From Thermococcus kodakarensis KOD1 (GTDB taxonomy: Archaea; Methanobacteriota_B; Thermococci; Thermococcales; Thermococcaceae): a stretch of 32,000 bases of DNA. The translations under genes and the position numbers were made by a program. The DNA lies in NCBI RefSeq assembly GCF_000009965.1, contig NC_006624.1, positions 1,770,001-1,802,000 of the forward strand, given 5' to 3'. Positions 27,252 to 32,000 of the stretch are shown here, one piece after another. The notes beneath the pieces are model-generated. The model was not told the DNA's origin. It saw only the letters and a program-made list of their open reading frames with translations, and made no database searches. Within the stretch, counting starts at the first letter, position 1; each line of letters opens with the position of its first letter.

Positions 27252-27480
27252 TTATCCTCGCCTTCTCCTTTTTTCTCATCTCTGAGAGCATTTCTTCATC
27301 GTTTTCAAGAAGAACGTCATCCGTGGTACTGTACGTCTCGATAAAGCGGAGATAGGTTTCCCTATCCACCCTCCCAGAGGCGAAAGCCCTCTCTATCTCC
27401 TCCTCAACTAGTCGTTCTACCCTCCTCACGAAATCCTCACTTACCCAGTCGGGTACCCTAATGGTGATCACCTTTCCCAT
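27238..27480 (-). CDS. putative antitoxin (RHH-like N-terminus), VapB-like
   Basis: 80 aa from ATG 27480 (GGGGTGA RBS). An N-terminal beta-strand KVITIRVPDWV is followed by helices. Its 3' end overlaps the PIN start by 14 nt. Confidence 0.5.
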   Translation of the reverse strand: MGKVITIRVPDWVSEDFVRRVERLVEEEIERAFASGRVDRETYLRFIETYSTTDDVLLENDEEMLSEMRKKEKARINGSY

Positions 27481-27521
27481 GCTTTCACCCCAAAGAACTT
27501 TGTCCCTTCTCAACTTAAATC

Positions 27522-29840
27522 TTACAGCATCAGATCCTCCTTCGTTAGGTAGCCCTCGAGGTAGAGCCCACCGAGGAATGCCTGACCGACGTTTACCCCG
27601 TTGTCCCCTCTCGGCACCTCGGTCGTCACGTGGAAGTTCAGCCCGTTCGCCTCCACGACCTTTCTTATCATCTTGGTTATGAGCTCGTTGTACGCAACTC
27701 CTCCGCTCAGGGCAACGTTCTTCACTCCGAACTCTCTGGCCCTTTCGACGGCAGTGTGGGCAAAGGCCCTCGCGAGGGCGAGGTGGGCGGAGTAGGCTAT
27801 GTCCGCGGGTGATGCCCCCTCAATTGCCTCAAGGATACTCTGGAACAGCTCTTCAACCCTTATCAATTCTCCTTCAACTGGAACCTCGAACTTCAGGTCG
27901 TTCTTGCCCTTGAAGGCGAAGCTCTCAAGCTTCATTGCCGGTTCTCCCTCGTAGTGCCTCCTGTAGGCGACGTTGAGGAGGACGGCAATGGCATCGAGGA
28001 CTCTTCCCGTTGAAGAAGCGTAGGCCGTGTTTATCCCCTTGGCGAGCTGGTTGAGGACGACGTTGAACTCGACCTTTCCGTACTTGAGGCTCTCGACGGC
28101 CTTCGGGCAGCAGCGGTTTATAACACCTTCAAGCTCGTCAATCGAATAGACCTTGCTCAGTATCCCCATCAGAGCCCTCAATGGATAGTAGCTCGCCAAA
28201 TCCCCGCCCGGGAGAGGGTAGTAGTCGATGTGGGCCAACCTTTCAACGTCCTCATAGCCCAGATAAAGGACTTCCCCGCCCCAAGTGTTTCCGTCTGTCC
28301 CGTAGCCAACGCCGTCGAGCGCTATCCCAATGACAGAATCGAGGTTTTTCTCGGCCATGACGCTCGCTATGTGGGCGTAGTGGTGCTGAACCTGAAGGAG
28401 TTCCACGTCCAGCTCGTTGGCCATCTCCATTGCAAGCTTCGTCGTGTTGTAAGCCGGATGGAGGTCGGCTATGATGAGATCAAGGTTTTTCACCCTGAGA
28501 ATCTTCCTGAAGTGTGCTATTGCCTCCCTCATGAACTCGAGGACTTCAACCTTCCCGGTGTTGCCTATATACTGGCTCGGGTAGACCTTTCCGTTCTTTG
28601 CCACGCCGAAGGCGTTCATGAGTTCAGCGCCAACTGCCAGGCCGTTGTATTCGAAAGGTATCTCTATTGGAAGTGGCACGAAGCCGCGGGAGCGCCTTAT
28701 CACGGCCCTCTTCCCATCAACGAACCTTATCACGCTGTCGTCTGCCCTGTTCAGTATCTTCCTGTTGTGGAGGAGGAAGTAGTCGGCTACATCCTTAAGT
28801 TCCTCAAAAGCCCTCTCGTTGTCCTTGACCATCGGCATTCCTGGGTAATTGGCCGAAGTCATTACATAAACCGGAGTTTTGCTCCAGTGGAAGAGGATGT
28901 AGTGGGTTCCAGCGTAGGGAAGCATGACTCCAATGGTGTGAAGCCCCGGCGCGAGGTTCTCGGGGAGCGGGAAGGGCTCCTTCTTGCGGAGCGTTATTAT
29001 CGGCCGTCTGTAGGATGTCAGCTCCTCCTCTTCCTCTGGGCTCACATAGGCGAAGCTCTTGACGGTTTCGATGTCTTTGGCCATTATCGCGAAGGGCTTC
29101 TGTGGCCTGAAGGTTCTCCTCCTCAGTTCAGCAACTACTTCCTCGTTGGCTGCGTCGCACGCTAAATGGATTCCTCCTATTCCCTTGATGGCCACTATGT
29201 AGCCCTTGTCTATGAGCTCGGCCGCCTTCCTGAGCGGATCGCCGTATATCTCCTGCCCGTCGCTGGTGTAGAGCCTGTATGAAGGCCCACAGACGGGACA
29301 GGCCGTCGGCTCGGCGTGGTAGCGCCTGTTGAGAGGATCCTCGTACTCGCTCCGGCAGAAGTCGCACATCGGGAACTCCTTCATCGTCGTGTTCTCGCGG
29401 TCGTAGGGGAGGTCCTCAATTATCGTGAACCTAGGGCCGCAGTTTGTACAGACGATGAAGGGATACATGTAGCGCTTGTTGGTGGGGTCAAAAAGCTCCC
29501 TCAGACAGTCGTCACAGATGGCTATGTCAGGTGGGATTATGGAATCCCCGCCCTTTCCCCCTTTGGAACTTTTCTCAATGTAAAAGCGGTCGAAACCCTG
29601 CGGCGGGATTTCCTTCTTTTCAATCCGGTCAATTCTCGCCAGAGGAGGCTTCTTTTTGTAGAGGTCTTCGATGAAGGCTTCGATGTCCTCTTCCCTGCCC
29701 TCAACGACTATCTCAACGCCCGCATCGCCGAGGTTTTTGACGTAGCCCCGCAGGTTGTGCTCGTGGGCTATTCTGTAGACGAACGGCCTGAATCCGACCG
29801 CCTGAACGATGCCTTGAACGTGAATGTGATAGGCCTTCAT
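27522..29840 (-). CDS. hypF: [NiFe]-hydrogenase maturation carbamoyltransferase HypF
   Basis: Acylphosphatase domain (VQGIVQAVGFRPFVYRIA…), two Zn-finger pairs (CDDC…CTNCGPRF and CDFC…CPVCGP), and YrdC-like and Kae1-like domains. ATG 29840 after GGTGAGAGG gives 772 aa. The upstream extension to 29909 contains the TATA box. Confidence 0.92.
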   Translation of the reverse strand: MKAYHIHVQGIVQAVGFRPFVYRIAHEHNLRGYVKNLGDAGVEIVVEGREEDIEAFIEDLYKKKPPLARIDRIEKKEIPPQGFDRFYIEKSSKGGKGGDSIIPPDIAICDDCLRELFDPTNKRYMYPFIVCTNCGPRFTIIEDLPYDRENTTMKEFPMCDFCRSEYEDPLNRRYHAEPTACPVCGPSYRLYTSDGQEIYGDPLRKAAELIDKGYIVAIKGIGGIHLACDAANEEVVAELRRRTFRPQKPFAIMAKDIETVKSFAYVSPEEEEELTSYRRPIITLRKKEPFPLPENLAPGLHTIGVMLPYAGTHYILFHWSKTPVYVMTSANYPGMPMVKDNERAFEELKDVADYFLLHNRKILNRADDSVIRFVDGKRAVIRRSRGFVPLPIEIPFEYNGLAVGAELMNAFGVAKNGKVYPSQYIGNTGKVEVLEFMREAIAHFRKILRVKNLDLIIADLHPAYNTTKLAMEMANELDVELLQVQHHYAHIASVMAEKNLDSVIGIALDGVGYGTDGNTWGGEVLYLGYEDVERLAHIDYYPLPGGDLASYYPLRALMGILSKVYSIDELEGVINRCCPKAVESLKYGKVEFNVVLNQLAKGINTAYASSTGRVLDAIAVLLNVAYRRHYEGEPAMKLESFAFKGKNDLKFEVPVEGELIRVEELFQSILEAIEGASPADIAYSAHLALARAFAHTAVERAREFGVKNVALSGGVAYNELITKMIRKVVEANGLNFHVTTEVPRGDNGVNVGQAFLGGLYLEGYLTKEDLML

Positions 29841-29872
29841 TCCTCTCACCGGTTTTGTTTTGACCTTCTGAG

Positions 29873-29882
29873 CCTTTATACC
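29873..29882 (-). promoter_or_regulatory. putative hypF TATA box
   Basis: The minus strand reads GGTATAAAGG about 35-40 nt upstream of ATG 29840. Confidence 0.5.
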
Positions 29883-30049
29883 TTTCCAAAACCAAAAGTT
29901 GAAAACCATAATGGAGTTCTGAACCTTTGGTGCCCACTGTCATCCTTCTGGACCAACTACGAAACGAGAGCCTCCATTATGGGAAACAGAATTCGGAAAA
30001 GAGTTCCTTCAAGAGATAGGCTAGAAATGGAAAAAGCGGAATAGCGCCA

Positions 30050-30661
30050 TCAGGCAAATGTAACGCTCCTGTCCTTGAGGGAGCGATTGAGCAGGTCGGC
30101 GTGCTCGAGGGTGACCTGGTACTCCGCTATCTTCTCGAGCTTGATCTCCTCGCCGTCGAGGAGTATCTTGTTGACGTAGACCTTGCCCTCATCGAAGCCG
30201 ACGGTGTAGACGAAGAGATCCTTCTTACCGAGGTACTCCCTGATCTTCTCGTCCTTAAGGGCCTCGGCGAGTCCTCCTGCCGCGAATATCCTGACGTGGA
30301 CGACGAATGCTCCAGGAACGTCCTGCTCGGCGAACTGTCTGAGGGTCTCTACGAATATCTTCTTGGTCTCCTCGATCGGGGTCTCACCACCGAACTGGAG
30401 GACTGTAACCTGCGGGGCGAACTCCTTGACGCGCTTCGCGATGTCCGCCTCCTTGCCTGCCTCTGCAAGGAAGTGGTAGGTCACTCCTCCGCTGAGGGTT
30501 ATGTATGTAGCCTCGGTTGCGGTGGCTATGCTGGAGCAGATTATGTTCCTGCTGGCAACGACGGCAACCTTGTTGAGCCCGAGGTCTGCGAGGGCCTTTC
30601 CAACCAGCCTTCCAGTGAGGGCCCTAAGGTAGATTTCCTCCTCAAAGGTCGTCTTCGCCAT
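30050..30661 (-). CDS. uncharacterised soluble protein
   Basis: 203 aa from ATG 30661 (GGAGGTGGTG RBS), with genome-typical codon usage. An oligo-T tract (CCGCTTTTTCC) follows the stop. No family recognised. Confidence 0.65.
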   Translation of the reverse strand: MAKTTFEEEIYLRALTGRLVGKALADLGLNKVAVVASRNIICSSIATATEATYITLSGGVTYHFLAEAGKEADIAKRVKEFAPQVTVLQFGGETPIEETKKIFVETLRQFAEQDVPGAFVVHVRIFAAGGLAEALKDEKIREYLGKKDLFVYTVGFDEGKVYVNKILLDGEEIKLEKIAEYQVTLEHADLLNRSLKDRSVTFA

Positions 30662-30909
30662 TGGCACCACCTCCAATACCCAGCTATGGGTGTTTGTTCT
30701 CGTTATTGTCCAATGCAGTTAAGGAATATAACCTTTTTGGTTCTCCTAATGAACTTTTGTTATCCTAATCACACTTCTTTTTGAACAGATGACAAAATCG
30801 AGTCAAAAAATAGCCAAATATTTGACATTTAGACACCACAAATGTGTGGAATCATCACAGTGTCAATCACTCGGGGTGGTACTGCTCTCCTGCTAGAGCT
30901 CCGATGGTA

Positions 30910-30937
30910 GTTCGATAGATAAACTTATAACGTTCGA
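30910..30937 (+). promoter_or_regulatory. putative ferritin promoter: TATA-like core bracketed by a GTTCGA direct repeat
   Basis: GTTCGA-TAGATAAACTTATAAC-GTTCGA, centred about 40 nt upstream of ATG 30965, with a GAGGTGAT RBS. Confidence 0.45.
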
Positions 30938-30964
30938 AAACAACAGAGAAGTGAGGTGATGGAA

Positions 30965-31489
30965 ATGCTGAGCGAGAGAATGCTGAAGGCCCTGAACGAA
31001 CAGCTTAACAAGGAGCTGTTTTCTGCATACTTCTACTTGGGCATAGCGGCCTACTTCAAGGACATGGGCTTTGACGGCTTCGCCACCTGGATGGAGGCCC
31101 AGGCCGAGGAGGAGCTTGGACACGCCATGAGGTTCTACGACTACATCTTCGACAGGGGCGGCAAGGTAGAGCTTGAGAAGATTGAGAAGCCCAAGCAGAC
31201 CTTCGAGAGCCCGCTGAAGGCCTTCGAGGCTGTGTACCTCCACGAGGTTGGGGTTACTCAGTCGATATTCAAGCTCGTCGAACTTGCCCAGGAGGAGAAA
31301 GACCACGCTACCTACCAGTTCCTCCAGTGGTTCGTCGAGGAGCAGGTCGAGGAGGAGGCCAGCACGAAGGCGATAGTCGACAAGCTCAAGATAATCGGCG
31401 ACAACCCCCAGGGCCTCTTCATGCTCGACAGGGAGCTTGGAGCCAGGGCGCCGAAGCTCAGGGCACTGCTCACTCAGAAGGGTGAGTGA
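30965..31489 (+). CDS. ferritin (non-heme, ferritin-like diiron family)
   Basis: [25 protein letters not shown]…[14 protein letters not shown]…[13 protein letters not shown], 174 aa. It is very similar to my recollection of Pyrococcus ferritin. Confidence 0.9.
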   Translation: MLSERMLKALNEQLNKELFSAYFYLGIAAYFKDMGFDGFATWMEAQAEEELGHAMRFYDYIFDRGGKVELEKIEKPKQTFESPLKAFEAVYLHEVGVTQSIFKLVELAQEEKDHATYQFLQWFVEEQVEEEASTKAIVDKLKIIGDNPQGLFMLDRELGARAPKLRALLTQKGE

Positions 31490-31516
31490 TTCTTGTTTTC
31501 TCTTCCTAGTTTTTTG
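31490..31516 (+). terminator. oligo-T terminator-like tract after ferritin
   Basis: TTCTTGTTTTCTCTTCCTAGTTTTTTG lies directly after the stop. Confidence 0.4.
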
Positions 31517-31608
31517 AGGAAGAACTTCCAGAGAAGGAAGATGATGAGGTAGTTCTCTTATGAAACCGTTAGAATGAGGCCCAAAATGTACAACAAAAAA
31601 TAAGGAAG

Positions 31609-32000
31609 TCAGAACAGCACGCCGTACTTGTAGAATATCTGGCATGTTCCTTCGTAGGACACCATGCACGGCCCGACCGGGTGTCTCGGCGTGCAGGTCT
31701 TTCCGAAGAGGGGGCAGTCAGTAGGTAAAGCCAGTCCCCTCAGCACGGCGCCGCAGCGGCAGCCCTTTTCGAGGTCGGGCAGGTTCTTGGGAACCTCTAC
31801 TTTGTAGAAGCTCCTTATCTCGAAATCCTTCCACTCCTTCCTCAGCTCGAGGCCGCTCTTCGGGAAAACGCCGAGGGCACGCCACTTGGCATCGACGACC
31901 TCGAAGAACTTGTCTATCATCTTCTGGGCGACCACGTTGCCTTCGTACTTGACAGCCCGCTCGTACTCGTTGATTATCCTCGCCTCGCCTTCCTTGTACA
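31609..32000 (-). CDS. hypD: [NiFe]-hydrogenase maturation protein HypD (C-terminal part; the gene continues beyond the window)
   Basis: C-terminal HypD motifs GCRCGAVLRG, PTDCPLFGKTCTPRHPVGPCMVSYEGTC. The frame stays open to position 32000. Confidence 0.88.
   Translation of the reverse strand, partial: YKEGEARIINEYERAVKYEGNVVAQKMIDKFFEVVDAKWRALGVFPKSGLELRKEWKDFEIRSFYKVEVPKNLPDLEKGCRCGAVLRGLALPTDCPLFGKTCTPRHPVGPCMVSYEGTCQIFYKYGVLF

Noticed and set aside
29841-29909. N-terminal extension of the hypF ORF (MVFNFWFWKG…)
   Set aside because: It contains the GGTATAAAGG TATA box. The acylphosphatase domain begins at MKAYHIHVQG, which has a good RBS.
28230-30044. Plus-strand ORFs 28230-29165 (311 aa) and 29316-30044 (242 aa)
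   Set aside because: Both are antisense to hypF, whose domain motifs are continuous on the minus strand. They have no RBS and no recognisable domains.
30101-31669. ORFs 30101-30784 (+, 227 aa) and 30893-31669 (-, 258 aa)
   Set aside because: These are shadows of the 203-aa gene and of ferritin respectively. They are L/E/G-rich and span intergenic promoters and terminators.
1-32000. CRISPR arrays, IS elements, integrases and rRNA
   Set aside because: I scanned for regularly spaced direct repeats, terminal inverted repeats and transposase or integrase-like ORFs and found none. The only exact long repeat is the vorB/porB 64-mer.

Overview
Chromosomal segment of a hyperthermophilic euryarchaeon of the Thermococcales. 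The evidence is GGTG/GAGGTGA-type RBSs, BRE/TATA promoters, oligo-T terminators, and the porG-vorDAB-porDAB layout known from Pyrococcus and Thermococcus. From memory, the gene order and several protein sequences (the Ogt/MGMT, HypE and ketopantoate reductase) resemble Thermococcus kodakarensis KOD1; this needs a BLAST check. About 40 densely packed genes are present, many with overlapping start and stop codons. In order they are: tRNA-Ala(CGC); malic enzyme; two-subunit class I fumarase; an operon of membrane protein, ketopantoate reductase, DUF47 and phosphoglycerate dehydrogenase; an operon of TrmJ-like methyltransferase, ogt and a TPR membrane protein; NAC; an AhpD-like protein; a HEAT-repeat protein; HflX; a PiT phosphate transporter; the seven-gene VOR/POR cluster; cysteine desulfurase with a small coupled partner; an MFS transporter; hypE, hypF and partial hypD interrupted by a vapB-PIN-MNT cassette; an uncharacterised protein; and ferritin. 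No CRISPR array, rRNA, IS element or integrase was seen. The best candidate for something new is a tightly coupled four-gene operon at 19078-22133, partly AT-rich and of unknown function, lying between porB and the csd locus. Its first product is a membrane-anchored protein whose C-terminal module looks like a DUF4258/BECR (RelE-fold) toxin domain, and three unrecognisable soluble proteins follow it. This fits a toxin-immunity or abortive-infection-like conflict cassette, but that reading is hypothesis only. Secondary observations are a 64-nt perfectly identical tract shared by vorB and porB, a three-gene TA-like cassette inside the hyp cluster, a frame-split small membrane ORF, and several promoter-embedded repeats.
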